From an uncultured Planctomycetaceae bacterium (lineage in GTDB: Bacteria; Planctomycetota; Planctomycetia; Pirellulales; PNKZ01): DNA of 64,000 bases. The DNA lies in assembly GCA_964387325.1 (NCBI GenBank), contig CAYLYE010000002.1:17911-81910 (forward strand), in the 5' to 3' direction. This document shows positions 1 through 10,072 of the stretch, one piece after another. Every line of letters starts with the position of its first letter. The first letter of the stretch is position 1. Below the pieces are notes generated by a model. That model worked only from the letters and a program-made list of their open reading frames with translations. It was not told the origin of the DNA and searched no databases. A program made the translations under genes and the position numbers.

Positions 1-1180
1 TGAACGTCGACAGCAGCCGATAGTAATCATAGGCCGGAATCGGATCGAATTTGTGATCGTGACACCGGGCGCAGCCAATCGTGAGTCCCAGCAGCGCTGA
101 ACCGGTCGTCGACAACATATCATCCAGCGCGTCGTACCGGGTCCGCTCGACCTCGTTGGCCGTGATCTGCGTGGGAAACACGCCGGCTCCCAAGAACCCG
201 GTCGCCGACAGGGCCAGCGGATCGTCGGGCGCGAACTCGTCACCGGCCAGTTGCCAGCGAACAAACTGATCGTAGGGCATGTCACTGTTGAAGGCCTTGA
301 TAACGAAGTCGCGAAACGCCCACGCGCCGGGGCGATCGTAGTCGTGCTCGAAGCCGGCGCTCTCGGCAAACCGGGCCACGTCGAGCCAGTGCCGTGCCCA
401 ACGCTCGCCGTACTGCGGACGTTCAAGGAGTCGCTCGATCAACCGCGGCCAAGCGTCAGCCGCTGTGTCATGCTCGAAGTCGGCCACTTCGCTCGGCGTG
501 GGAGGAACTCCCAGCAGGTCAAGATACGCACGGCGAATGAGCACTCGCTTTGGTGCGCTCGGCGCAAGCGACCAACGCTTCGCGGCCGCTTTGTCGACGA
601 TGAACTTGTCGACGTCGGTGCGCCCTCCTGCGGCTGACTCGACCTTTGGCGGTAAGACCTTCGCCAGCGGACGGAAGGCCCACCAGTTCTTGTCCTCGGC
701 CGTAATGACGCGAGACCCGCTCACTGGCTTTTTGCCCGCGATCAGCGGCTGATCGTAAGGCGCGCCGTGGTTGACCCATTCGACGATCCGAGCGATGGCG
801 GCCTCGCCCAGCTTCGGCGACTCGTCGGGCATCGCCGGCTCTTCGCGGTGCGTAATCAATTTGACCAGCAGGCTCTCATCGGCATGGAACGGCACAACGG
901 CTGCGCCAGACGGTCCTCCGGCGAGCAACCCTTCGCGCGTGGCGATGTCAAACTCACCGCGTGTTTTTTCGCCGCCATGACACCGAACGCAATGTTGATT
1001 AAGCAACGGACGAACATGTTCGGCAAACATTTTCAGTCCGCGCGTCATGCGCTGGGCATGATCGGCAGGCAACGGCCGCTCGACCTGGGCTTGTGCTAGC
1101 TGCGGCGCGGCGAGACTCGCGAGGCCAAGAAGTCCGCCGATGAACCAAACCGAAGCGGTGAAGGTGACGTGCCAAGGCAT
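1..1180 (-). CDS. PSCyt1 + DUF1549 (PSCyt2) family protein, N-terminal ~393 aa; the 3' end lies beyond the left window edge
   Basis: Absent from the ORF track because it has no in-window stop. Reverse-strand translation from ATG (1180-1178) reads [31 protein letters not shown] (signal peptide), [13 protein letters not shown] (CxxCH), [53 protein letters not shown]. This is the same motif series as the full-length paralogs at 5450 and 20366. Confidence 0.85.
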   Translation of the reverse strand, partial: MPWHVTFTASVWFIGGLLGLASLAAPQLAQAQVERPLPADHAQRMTRGLKMFAEHVRPLLNQHCVRCHGGEKTRGEFDIATREGLLAGGPSGAAVVPFHADESLLVKLITHREEPAMPDESPKLGEAAIARIVEWVNHGAPYDQPLIAGKKPVSGSRVITAEDKNWWAFRPLAKVLPPKVESAAGGRTDVDKFIVDKAAAKRWSLAPSAPKRVLIRRAYLDLLGVPPTPSEVADFEHDTAADAWPRLIERLLERPQYGERWARHWLDVARFAESAGFEHDYDRPGAWAFRDFVIKAFNSDMPYDQFVRWQLAGDEFAPDDPLALSATGFLGAGVFPTQITANEVERTRYDALDDMLSTTGSALLGLTIGCARCHDHKFDPIPAYDYYRLLSTF

Positions 1181-1436
1181 GCGGGACAGCCATTCGTGCG
1201 TAGGATGAAATGATAGGGAGCACGCTCGAGGTCACACCCATCGTTTAAGAGAACATGCTCCGGCGGGCAAAGGTAATTCTAGCTAGCGTCGCATTGGCTT
1301 GTCTATGTTTACATCCGCGCCAGCAGAGACAGCATCGATTCGCTCGGGTCGATTGATCGACCTGCCTTGACGCTTGTAGGCTGGGCACTTACGCTTCGCC
1401 ACCCCGATTTATTGTTTTCAACTTGGGTACACCCGA

Positions 1437-2303
1437 GTGACACGCAATTGGTATGCGCGTTGGTTGCTCGCTGCGATGTGGATCGCGGTGGTGTGGGGGT
1501 GCGCGCCGCTGGTCGATCTAAACCGCGGCCGCTCGCCGCTCGCCCCTTTGGCGTTGCCGCAGCAACAGACCGTTGGTCTCGATATCCTATCGATCCGCTA
1601 TCCAGCCAGCGACGAGTCAGCGCGCGAAGCGCTCTGGCAGCAAGTCGATGAGCAAGTGTTGCCGCTCGAGTTGCGCCAGAAATTGCGCGCCAACGGTTTT
1701 CGCGCTGGGGTCGTCGGGCCACAACTGCCCGACGATCTCGAAAAGCTCATCCATCTCACGGACAAGCCCGAGCAAGAGGAAACTCAACTCGAAGCGGCTC
1801 AGCTCACGACCGACGCTCCGGTCCGGCAACGTTATGTACAGATCATGAACGGCAAGCAGACGAACATCATTTGCACCGGCGAACAAACCCGCCACGGCGA
1901 ACTCTCGGTACTCATCCGTGGCGACGACGGCAGCGTCACAGGCAAAACGTTTCGCAAGGTGGCGGGGCAACTCACCACGCGGGCGTTCACCGAACCCGAC
2001 GGTCGTGTTCGACTGGAGTTGACCCCCGAGATCGAGCATGGCGAGGCGCAGCGTCGCTTCGAGCCCGCTGACGGCATGATGCGGGTCGACTTTAGTCCGC
2101 CGCGCGAAAAATACGACGCGCTACGCATGAACGTGACGCTTGGGCCCGGCCAGATGTTGCTCGTGTCGGCCGTGCCCGATCGCCCCGGCACACTTGGCCA
2201 CCACTACTTCAACGAGCTTGGTCAGCAACGCGCCCTACACAAGCTGCTTATCATCCGCCCGGCTTACAGCTCGACGAACGACGACCTGTTCGCGGATAAG
2301 TAG
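1437..2303 (+). CDS. hypothetical secreted protein / putative lipoprotein
   Basis: 288-aa ORF with GTG start. The N-terminus MTRNWYARWLLAAMWIAVVWGC looks like a signal peptide with a lipobox-like Cys. No catalytic motif recognised. Divergent from the gene ending at 1180. Confidence 0.6.
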   Translation: MTRNWYARWLLAAMWIAVVWGCAPLVDLNRGRSPLAPLALPQQQTVGLDILSIRYPASDESAREALWQQVDEQVLPLELRQKLRANGFRAGVVGPQLPDDLEKLIHLTDKPEQEETQLEAAQLTTDAPVRQRYVQIMNGKQTNIICTGEQTRHGELSVLIRGDDGSVTGKTFRKVAGQLTTRAFTEPDGRVRLELTPEIEHGEAQRRFEPADGMMRVDFSPPREKYDALRMNVTLGPGQMLLVSAVPDRPGTLGHHYFNELGQQRALHKLLIIRPAYSSTNDDLFADK

Positions 2304-2402
2304 GGGCTGTGCGAGTCATCTGCTCCGCGTTGCGACTCAGTATCCGTCATCCTATGCAAAACGAACAGGCCTAGATCAACGCGACCGTTTTGCAGGTGCA
2401 AC

Positions 2403-2633
2403 ATGGGCGAAATCATTTTCTTGGTAGAAGATGCCGTTGAAAGTGGCTATACAGCCAGAGCTTTAGGGCACTCGATCTTCACCGAGGCCGAAACGATGGA
2501 CGTCCTACGGCAGCACGTTCGCGAAGCCATCGAGTGTCATTTTGAGCAAAGTGGCGAATCAGCCCCGATATTAGGATTGGCTGTCAAAAAAGTCGTTGAG
2601 AATCTTGAGCGCCGTGGAGAATTCGAAGGATAA
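2403..2633 (+). CDS. HicB-like antitoxin-fold small protein (orphan, atypical C-terminus)
   Basis: The first ~55 aa (MGEIIFLVEDAVESGYTARALGHSIFTEAETMDVLRQHVREAIECHF) match the short HicB-like family often mis-annotated as 2-oxoisovalerate dehydrogenase. The tail diverges and the last 50 nt overlap the convergent parE 3' end. No hicA nearby. Confidence 0.55.
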   Translation: MGEIIFLVEDAVESGYTARALGHSIFTEAETMDVLRQHVREAIECHFEQSGESAPILGLAVKKVVENLERRGEFEG

Positions 2634-2874
2634 TAACTCTATTTGAAATTGGGCGAAAAAACACGACGTAATTGCCTCTCGATATTCGCCGTACAACCCC
2701 GAGGCGCCGGGTTTTTTGTCGTTCACCGATGCTTGGTTGACTTGCAAGCACCTCGAATAATTGTGACATCGAGGCAAACCAGGACTTGGCAGCCGATTCG
2801 TTGTCGATGGCGATGAAGTCCACGATGCGGCGTAAATCGTCGAGCGCATCGTGGCTAAGTTGTATACTGGACAT
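2584..2874 (-). CDS. parE: type II toxin, ParE/RelE family
   Basis: 96 aa. It has ParE-type features: the N-terminal 'LSHDALDDLRRIVDFIA..D..SAA', 'RRISRGNYVVFFR', and the C-terminal 'VIILRILHGAQD'. Its start overlaps the upstream antitoxin stop by 1 nt (TAATG). Confidence 0.8.
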   Translation of the reverse strand: MSSIQLSHDALDDLRRIVDFIAIDNESAAKSWFASMSQLFEVLASQPSIGERQKTRRLGVVRRISRGNYVVFFRPISNRVIILRILHGAQDSQRLF

Positions 2875-3149
2875 TAGCTCGGCCGTTCAGGCTTTCGAGC
2901 CGCGTTTCGCTCTTCGAACAATCGCCATTCTTCCTGTGGGTTCCAGGGAGCTTGCAAGCCCACTTCCAGTTGCTCCAGCGCATGCTCGACGGATTCCATA
3001 TGCTCAGCATCGATTAACGGAATGTTTAATTCCGAGTCTTCGAGGGCATCAATCGCTGCCTCAAGCACTTTCTCGCGAGTGGGGAAAACTCCTTGCGCAA
3101 GCTTCTCTTGAATAAAGGCCTCGCAGCGAGGCGAAAGATTACTCGACAT
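2874..3149 (-). CDS. parD: type II antitoxin, ParD-like (RHH/COG3609-type)
   Basis: 91 aa. 'LSPRCEAFIQEKLAQGVFPTREKVLEAAIDAL' matches the ParD 'L.pelE.FI...V.sG.Y.s.SEVvR.alrlL' pattern. It sits immediately upstream of parE and is coupled to it. Confidence 0.75.
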   Translation of the reverse strand: MSSNLSPRCEAFIQEKLAQGVFPTREKVLEAAIDALEDSELNIPLIDAEHMESVEHALEQLEVGLQAPWNPQEEWRLFEERNAARKPERPS

Positions 3150-3246
3150 GGATCACCCTAATCACTCATAGACAGCGACAAAAAGCAACTCGCCCAACGA
3201 TTAAAATTATAGCTCAGTCGTGGTCCGGGCGAAAACAGTCTTTCGT

Positions 3247-5187
3247 CTATCGCTCCACCGCATCGCGTCCCACACGCAGTGGCGCACCGCCGAAGGGGAT
3301 CGCGCCGGCATCGGGCGCGCCAGCGTCACCGTGAACCGTCACGGCCCATTCAGCCCCAGGGCTATAAACCACCCCAGCGTCGATCGCTGCGCTCCCTTGT
3401 TTCGGTCGGAACTCCGCATCCAACAACGGATCGCTGAGCCGCACCTGCGACAAACTTTGCGGCGGATAGTACGTCTGGCTCGCCGCATGCTCGGGCAACT
3501 TGCGGGCCTTCGTAAGCAAGGCTTCGAACTGTGTGGCCGTCGCCGTCGGAGCCCAATACACGTTCCCGTCACTGGCCCCGACGGGTAAATTCAGCGGCGG
3601 TAAATTGCCAGGATGAATAAACAAATTATTGAACACATAGCGCGGACGATCGATGTGACTGGCGCTACACACCGCCATCTCGGCCGAGCGTGACGTGGCG
3701 GCTGCCATGATCGCCGTGTTGTGTACGATCCGCATCGAAGGCCACGGCGGGCTACCGTGGTCCCCCATCACTTGGCCGGTCGAGAAGCGGGACTGCGGGT
3801 CGCGGCTTGAAGGTCGCCCGGTAGGAATCTTTTCCCGCAAGTCGATCACATTCTGCTCGATCCGGATTTGATCGGTGGTCGATTCCTTGCCGCCGAACGC
3901 AAGCGCCGTGAGACAGCGACGAATCCTATTCTGCCGCACCACGATCTTCGACGGCTGCGGGCGATACGACGGATACATCGGGCTCAGATAGATGCCGTCG
4001 TCCTGTGTGCCATCGATCAGATTGTGATGGAACGAACCGGTGACCCCGCCGATATACACGCCGTCGTGCGCGTCGCCAAAGTCGCAGTAGGCGATCTCCC
4101 AATGCTCATTCTGCGGATAGGCATAGACGTCGCATTCTTGATCAGCGTCGGGCACAAGCAGTGCGTGGGTGTTGAGCCGCGTAATGTCGCGCAGCGGCCG
4201 ACCAGGGTAGGCTCGCTTGCTCGTGTCTTGGCGATAGGTCCACGGCGACACGTTGCCAAACACTCCGCAGCGCCATAGTTTCAACCCCACCGCGCCGATC
4301 ATCCGCAGGCCGTTGCTCCCGCAGTACACCGTGACGTTGTCGAGCGTGATGTTCTCGGTCTGCTCAAACAGCACGGTGTTGTGTCCCGCCCCTCGAATAA
4401 CCACGTCTTGAATGCGTATGTGTTGCGCGCCGTCGAGGAACAGTGGGGTCGAATTTGCCGGGACGACCAACAGCGGCACGCGACGCGGATCGGTCACCCC
4501 TTGGTAGTTGGCCACCTCGGGAAGATGCGTATGGGCAAGCCTCGCGTGAATGCGTTGCGTCGCGGGGTCGTACCACAAGCCAGGGCCACAATACAGGCTC
4601 TTCACATCGCTCGTCTTGTCATCCGGTCGCTCGGGGTCCATCATCTCGTTCGTCGCCCGCAGGTCGCGGGCATGGTAGTACGTATTGAGCCCCAGGTACG
4701 AATCGGCAAACGACCCCAGCGCGTAACGCACGTTCGGGTATGCGCGTGTCGAGCGGTATTCGTCGGTCGATCCGCTCACGAGTTCCCAGGCCTGCTCAGA
4801 CTGCTCGGCAAACTCTTGCCAGCCACCGTCGAGGATAGCCAACTCACCAGGGGCCGAGCGAATCGTGATCGGCTTCTCGGCCGTGCCCACGAGCGCGCAG
4901 CGGACCTGCTCGTAGTACACGCCGCCGCGGAGCACGAGTGTCTCGCCGGCTTGCAGCTTGGTCAGAGCATGCGTGATCGTACGCCACGGTTTCGTCGTCG
5001 AGCCATCACTCTGATCGTCCCCCAGTTTCGCGTCGACGTAGCGTGCGGGGCCCGATTCGAGTGGCCGCTGCGTGGCTTGCGGCAAGGGGCGGAGCGGCGG
5101 ATGACTCATGAACCGCTCGGCTCCTTGGGCCAATACCCAATGAAACATCAAGCTAATGATGAACGTGACGTGAATTGCTCGACGCAT
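3247..5187 (-). CDS. secreted right-handed parallel beta-helix (pectate-lyase-fold) protein
   Basis: The ORF runs to 5289, but Met35 (ATG 5187-5185, preceded by GGAGAG) starts a signal peptide MRRAIHVTFIISLMFHWVLAQGA. 'GDDQSDGSTTKPWRTITHALTKLQAGETLVLRGGVYYE' is the typical N-cap of DUF1565/PbH1 beta-helix proteins. Repeated NxxxxG/beta-helix rungs follow. Confidence 0.75.
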   Translation of the reverse strand: MRRAIHVTFIISLMFHWVLAQGAERFMSHPPLRPLPQATQRPLESGPARYVDAKLGDDQSDGSTTKPWRTITHALTKLQAGETLVLRGGVYYEQVRCALVGTAEKPITIRSAPGELAILDGGWQEFAEQSEQAWELVSGSTDEYRSTRAYPNVRYALGSFADSYLGLNTYYHARDLRATNEMMDPERPDDKTSDVKSLYCGPGLWYDPATQRIHARLAHTHLPEVANYQGVTDPRRVPLLVVPANSTPLFLDGAQHIRIQDVVIRGAGHNTVLFEQTENITLDNVTVYCGSNGLRMIGAVGLKLWRCGVFGNVSPWTYRQDTSKRAYPGRPLRDITRLNTHALLVPDADQECDVYAYPQNEHWEIAYCDFGDAHDGVYIGGVTGSFHHNLIDGTQDDGIYLSPMYPSYRPQPSKIVVRQNRIRRCLTALAFGGKESTTDQIRIEQNVIDLREKIPTGRPSSRDPQSRFSTGQVMGDHGSPPWPSMRIVHNTAIMAAATSRSAEMAVCSASHIDRPRYVFNNLFIHPGNLPPLNLPVGASDGNVYWAPTATATQFEALLTKARKLPEHAASQTYYPPQSLSQVRLSDPLLDAEFRPKQGSAAIDAGVVYSPGAEWAVTVHGDAGAPDAGAIPFGGAPLRVGRDAVER

Positions 5188-5393
5188 CTGAAGTCTCTCC
5201 ACGAGAAGCTCTAATAATAATTTTTTCCCCAAGCCGGCGACTCTGTCGCCGAAGGACCGGCGGCTTAGCCGCCGGCTTGGAGGCATCAACTAAATTCTTG
5301 GGCGTTGCACTTAACTTATTTCGGTCATCCGATGCCCATACGATACGCTCTCGCCGAGCGAGAAGCGAGCATGAGGTACTGCGTTTTGAGTTG

Positions 5394-5402
5394 TGATATA
5401 AT
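5394..5402 (+). promoter_or_regulatory. candidate extended -10 promoter (TGaTATAAT) for the 5450-10032 operon
   Basis: Perfect TATAAT at 5397-5402 preceded by TG at 5394-5395, 48 nt upstream of ATG 5450, in an AT-richer spacer. No good -35. Confidence 0.35.
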
Positions 5403-5449
5403 AGAATCCGCTTCTTTTCCTGCCGTTAAAAACCTGCCTACCACTCATC

Positions 5450-8400
5450 ATGCCGGCCGCTCGAATCAACCTCAGCATCGTTGTCTTCGCGTTGTGTGTG
5501 GCATCGAGGCAACTCGATGCCGCCGAACCGAGCGCGTTGCAGTTTAATCGCGACATTCGGCCGATCCTTAGCGAAGCGTGCCTCCACTGTCACGGGCCGG
5601 ACCAAAGTCACCGCGAGGGAGAACTCCGGCTCGATGCGTCGGACGACGCGCTACGTCAACGTGACGGGCATCGGGTGATCGTCCCGGGCAAACCCGAGCT
5701 GAGTGAGTTGATTCGCCGGATCACGTCGTCCGATCCGGACACGCGAATGCCGCCCCCGAAGGCTGAGCGCCAACTCACTCCCAAGCAGATCGAAACCCTG
5801 AGGCAGTGGGTTGCTCAAGGCGCGCCATTCGAGTCGCACTGGTCATTCGTGCCTCCCAAAGCACCACCGCTTCCTGAGGTCATCGATCGCAATTGGGGCC
5901 GCGAATCGCTCGATCGCTTTGTACTGAACCGGCTCGAGCGCGCCGGGCTCAAGCCCAATCCCGAAGCCGATCGCTACACGCTCGCTCGACGCGCGGCGCT
6001 CGACTTGACCGGTCTGCCACCATCGCTCGCCGAGGTCGAGTCGTTTGTGAACGACAAGTCCCCGGAAGCCTTCGAGCAGTACGTCGACCGGCTCCTAGCC
6101 TCGCCCCGATTCGGCGAACGAATGGCAGTCCCCTGGCTCGACGCGGCCCGATACGCCGACACCAACGGATATCAGACCGATGGCCCGCGCTACATGTGGC
6201 GCTGGCGAGATTGGGTCATCGATGCGTTCAACCGGAACCTGCCCTTCGATCAATTCACGATCGAGCAGCTGGCGGGCGATTTATTGCCGCAGCCCACCCT
6301 CGATCAGCTCATTGCGACCGGGTTCAATCGCAATCATCGGGCGAATGCCGAGGGGGGGATCATCGCCGAGGAGTTCCGCATCGAGTACGTCGTCGACCGT
6401 GTCGATACCACCGCGACAGTCTGGCTCGGGCTCACACTCGGCTGCGCTCGCTGTCACGACCACAAGTACGACCCGATCAGTCAGCGAGAGTACTATCAGT
6501 TGTTTGCCTTTTTCAACAACGTGCCTGAGTTGGGCAAAGTGATCCGCGACAACAATTCACCCCCGATGGTACAAGCCCCGACGCCGGAGATTCGCGCGCG
6601 GATGACCGAGCTGCAAAAGCGTCTGCAAGAACTGGAGCAACAATCAGCCGCACAAATGCAAGCCTTCCTGGCCGGTCAATCACGCTGGGAAGCGACTCTC
6701 GGCGGTGTTCAAGACGAGCAGTGGTCGCCATCGGCCCATCAGATCGTGTACGCGCCGCTCGACGGTCAAGAAAAACTCGTCGAAGGCAAGGGGAACTTTG
6801 TCAGCGGCCGAATCGGCAAGGCGGTCAAGCTTGAGCACGGCGCGTGTGTCGATCTTGGCGACGTCGGCGATTTCAAACATACCGATCGCTTCAGCCTCGG
6901 TGCGTGGCTCTGGCTCGACTCGCCCGACGGCACGATCGTCTCGCGAATGGAAGACGACTTCAATCACAAAGGATACGACCTGCATGTCGAGCAGGGGAAA
7001 TTGCAATTCGAGCTCAGCGGTCGGCTGCTCGACGATGCCATTCGAATCGAGACGCTTGAGGCGTTGCCGCAGCGGCGTTGGTGTCATGTGCTGGCCACCT
7101 ATGACGGCCGCGAATTTGCTCGCGGCGTGACCCTGTACGTCGACGGGATACCCCGGCCGACGCGCGTCATTCTCGACACGCTTAGCAATGCCTCGAAGAA
7201 CACGCAGCCACTACGGGTCGGCACGCGCGGCGAAGGCCCCCAACTGCGTGGCCTCGTCGATGACGTGCGGGTCTTCGATCGCGATCTGGACGCGGCCACC
7301 GTGACAGCCATTGCCTGCGGCGACTCGATCTCGGCCGTGGCGAAAATCTCGCCCGACAAACGCACCCCAACTCAGCAACGCAAGCTGCGAGCCTATTTCA
7401 TCGCCCATCACGCGCCTGCGACACTGCAAACGCTTCTGCAAGCGACGGACGACGCTCGGGAGCACCTTCGCGCCTTCGACGCCAAAGTTCCCACGGTGAT
7501 GGTGATGCAAGAGATGAGCGAGCCGCGGACAACAAACGTGCTGCTGCGTGGTGAGTACGACAAGCCGGGCGAGCAGGTCACGGCCAATACTCCCGCGTCG
7601 CTCGGGGCGCTCTCGACGGATCGTCGACCTAACCGGCTCGATTTAGCCCGCTGGCTCGTGGATCGCAACAACCCTCTCACCGCGCGGGTGACTGTCAATC
7701 GGTTCTGGCAACATCTGTTCGGGCTCGGGTTGGTGAAAACGCCCGAAGACTTCGGCTCGCAAGGCGAACCTCCCGTGCAAGCCGAACTGCTCGATCATTT
7801 GGCCACGCAGTTCATCAACAGCGGCTGGGATGTGAAGCGGCTGCTGCGGTCGATCGTGCTCAGTTCGACGTATCGGCAGTCATCGCAGGCCTCGGCGGAG
7901 CAATTGACCCGCGATCCGGAAAATCGCCTGCTGGGTCGTGGTGCTCGGTTCCGTTTGTCGGCCGAAACGATCCGCGACCAGGCGCTCGCCGCGAGCGGTC
8001 TGCTCGACGCTCGCATTGGTGGACCGAGTGTCAAACCGTATCAGCCTGAGGGGCTCTGGGAAGAAGTCGCGGCGACCATTGTCCCGTACGTGCAAGATCA
8101 CGGGCCCGACTTATATCGGCGTGGCATGTACACGTTCTGGAAGCGGACGGTCGCGCCGCCATCGATGGTTGGCTTCGACGCGGCTGGCCGTGAGGCGTGT
8201 GTCGTGCGGACGGCGCGGACCAACACGCCGCTACAGGCTCTCAACTTGCTCAACGACGTGGCGTTTGTCGAAGCGACACGCGTACTCGCTCAACGCGCAC
8301 TTCAATCGTCGATGAGCATTGATGAGCGGATCAGGTTCATGTTTCGGGCGCTGCTCGTACGATCGCCGCGCGACGCCGAGCTACGCGTCTTGCATCGCGG

Positions 8401-8569
8401 GTTTGAGCAGCATCTCGCCCGGTATCGAGCAGCACCGGCCGAGGCGCAACGCCTGCTGAGCTTTGGTGAGTCGCCCCGCGATGAACGACTTGACATGCCC
8501 GAGCACGCCGCCTACACGACCATCGCCGGTGTGATTCTCAACCTCGACGAAACAATCACGAGGGAATAA
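5450..8569 (+). CDS. PSCyt1 (cytochrome-c-like) + DUF1549 + LamG + DUF1553 (PSD1) protein
   Basis: 1039 aa. Signal peptide, then '[16 protein letters not shown]' (CxxCH), 'WSFVPP', '[13 protein letters not shown]', '[18 protein letters not shown]' and '[12 protein letters not shown]'. A central concanavalin/LamG-like segment follows (GRIGKAVKL...LYVDG...VDDVRVF), then the C-terminal DUF1553 motifs '[28 protein letters not shown]'. Confidence 0.9.
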   Translation: MPAARINLSIVVFALCVASRQLDAAEPSALQFNRDIRPILSEACLHCHGPDQSHREGELRLDASDDALRQRDGHRVIVPGKPELSELIRRITSSDPDTRMPPPKAERQLTPKQIETLRQWVAQGAPFESHWSFVPPKAPPLPEVIDRNWGRESLDRFVLNRLERAGLKPNPEADRYTLARRAALDLTGLPPSLAEVESFVNDKSPEAFEQYVDRLLASPRFGERMAVPWLDAARYADTNGYQTDGPRYMWRWRDWVIDAFNRNLPFDQFTIEQLAGDLLPQPTLDQLIATGFNRNHRANAEGGIIAEEFRIEYVVDRVDTTATVWLGLTLGCARCHDHKYDPISQREYYQLFAFFNNVPELGKVIRDNNSPPMVQAPTPEIRARMTELQKRLQELEQQSAAQMQAFLAGQSRWEATLGGVQDEQWSPSAHQIVYAPLDGQEKLVEGKGNFVSGRIGKAVKLEHGACVDLGDVGDFKHTDRFSLGAWLWLDSPDGTIVSRMEDDFNHKGYDLHVEQGKLQFELSGRLLDDAIRIETLEALPQRRWCHVLATYDGREFARGVTLYVDGIPRPTRVILDTLSNASKNTQPLRVGTRGEGPQLRGLVDDVRVFDRDLDAATVTAIACGDSISAVAKISPDKRTPTQQRKLRAYFIAHHAPATLQTLLQATDDAREHLRAFDAKVPTVMVMQEMSEPRTTNVLLRGEYDKPGEQVTANTPASLGALSTDRRPNRLDLARWLVDRNNPLTARVTVNRFWQHLFGLGLVKTPEDFGSQGEPPVQAELLDHLATQFINSGWDVKRLLRSIVLSSTYRQSSQASAEQLTRDPENRLLGRGARFRLSAETIRDQALAASGLLDARIGGPSVKPYQPEGLWEEVAATIVPYVQDHGPDLYRRGMYTFWKRTVAPPSMVGFDAAGREACVVRTARTNTPLQALNLLNDVAFVEATRVLAQRALQSSMSIDERIRFMFRALLVRSPRDAELRVLHRGFEQHLARYRAAPAEAQRLLSFGESPRDERLDMPEHAAYTTIAGVILNLDETITRE

Positions 8570-8571
8570 CG

Positions 8572-10032
8572 ATGTACGACGAAACGACCATCCGCCTGCT
8601 CCAGCGTCGCCAGTTCCTCACACAGAGCGGCACGAGCCTGGGGAGCATGGCGCTCGCATCGTTGTTGGCCGAGGACGGTTACGCGGCCGAGTCGAGTGAT
8701 GCCGCCGTCCACGGTGGCCTGTCGGGGTTGCCCCACTTTGCTCCCAAAGCCAAGCGAGTGATTTATCTGTTTCAGTCGGGCGCTCCGTCGCAGCTGGAGT
8801 TGTTCGATCCCAAGCCGGGGCTGGAAAAATATCGCGGGACCGATTTGCCCGACTCGATTCGCCAAGGTCAACGGCTCACCGGAATGACCTCGGCTCAAAA
8901 GTCGTTCCCGATCGCCCCCAGCATGTTCAAATTTCAGCAGCATGGTCAAAGTGGCACGTGGTTCAGCGAGCTGCTGCCGAATTTGGCCGGTCTCTCCGAC
9001 GAGATGTGTGTGATCAAAAGCCTGCACACCGAGGCGATCAATCACGACCCGGCGATCACGTTCATCACGACCGGTCATCAGCTGGCGGGCCGCCCGAGCA
9101 TCGGTTCCTGGGTCGGTTACGGTCTCGGCAGCGAGAACCATGACCTGCCGGCGTTCATCGCGATGGTGTCGCGCGGGACGGGCCGGCCAGCCGATCAACC
9201 GTTGTACGATCGACTGTGGGGGAGTGGCTTTCTCCCCTCACGACATCAAGGGGTGAAATTTCGTAGCGTGGGCGATCCCGTGCTGTATTTGTCGAATCCA
9301 CCAGGGGTCGATGCGTCAGGGCGTCGACAACAGCTCGACGACCTCGCGGAGCTGAATCGGCTCAAGCTCGATGCGCAGGGAGATCCTGAGATCGCGACCC
9401 GCATTGCGCAGTACGAACTCGCGTATCGCATGCAGAGCAGCGTGCCGGAATTGATCGACATTCGCAACGAACCGCAACACGTGCTCGACATGTACGGGTC
9501 GGAGGTAAACCGTCCGGGGACGTTTGCCGCCAACTGCTTGCTCGCCCGACGGCTCGCTGAGCGCGGCGTGCGATTTATTCAACTCTTTCACATGGGTTGG
9601 GATCAGCACACGCGACTGCCCGATCAAATTCCACGGCAGTGCAGCGACATCGATCGACCGTGTGCCGCTTTGCTACGCGATCTGCGTCAGCGGGGTCTGC
9701 TTGACGACACGCTGGTGGTCTGGGGAGGCGAGTTTGGCCGGACCGTGTATTGCCAGTCGACGTTGACCCCGACCGACTACGGTCGCGATCACCATCCCCG
9801 TTGTTACACGATCTGGATGGCCGGCGGCGGCATCCGTCGCGGTCTGAGCTACGGTGCCACGGACGACTACAGTTACAACATCACGGCCGACCCCGTCCAC
9901 GTGCATGACCTGAATGCGACCATCTTGCACTGCCTGGGGGTCGACCACAAACGACTGACGTTCAAGTTCCAGGGCCGCCACTTCCGGTTGACCGACGTTC
10001 ATGGCGAACGTGTGAAACCGATCCTGGCTTAA
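8572..10032 (+). CDS. DUF1501 protein (sulfatase/alkaline-phosphatase-like), Tat signal
   Basis: 486 aa. Twin-arginine N-terminus '[25 protein letters not shown]'. DUF1501 hallmarks '[22 protein letters not shown]', '[10 protein letters not shown]', 'GRDHHP', 'TIWMAGGGI'. The start is 2 nt after the upstream stop. Confidence 0.9.
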   Translation: MYDETTIRLLQRRQFLTQSGTSLGSMALASLLAEDGYAAESSDAAVHGGLSGLPHFAPKAKRVIYLFQSGAPSQLELFDPKPGLEKYRGTDLPDSIRQGQRLTGMTSAQKSFPIAPSMFKFQQHGQSGTWFSELLPNLAGLSDEMCVIKSLHTEAINHDPAITFITTGHQLAGRPSIGSWVGYGLGSENHDLPAFIAMVSRGTGRPADQPLYDRLWGSGFLPSRHQGVKFRSVGDPVLYLSNPPGVDASGRRQQLDDLAELNRLKLDAQGDPEIATRIAQYELAYRMQSSVPELIDIRNEPQHVLDMYGSEVNRPGTFAANCLLARRLAERGVRFIQLFHMGWDQHTRLPDQIPRQCSDIDRPCAALLRDLRQRGLLDDTLVVWGGEFGRTVYCQSTLTPTDYGRDHHPRCYTIWMAGGGIRRGLSYGATDDYSYNITADPVHVHDLNATILHCLGVDHKRLTFKFQGRHFRLTDVHGERVKPILA

Positions 10033-10072
10033 TCGTCCGAGGTGAGCGACGAGTTCATTCACGGTATCGTGT

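Noticed and set aside
2550-3200. Calling the AT-richer parDE patch a mobile element or genomic island.
   Set aside because: No integrase, transposase, flanking direct repeats or tRNA target are visible. Only the compositional shift and the TA genes support mobility, so it is reported as a finding rather than annotated as mobile_element.
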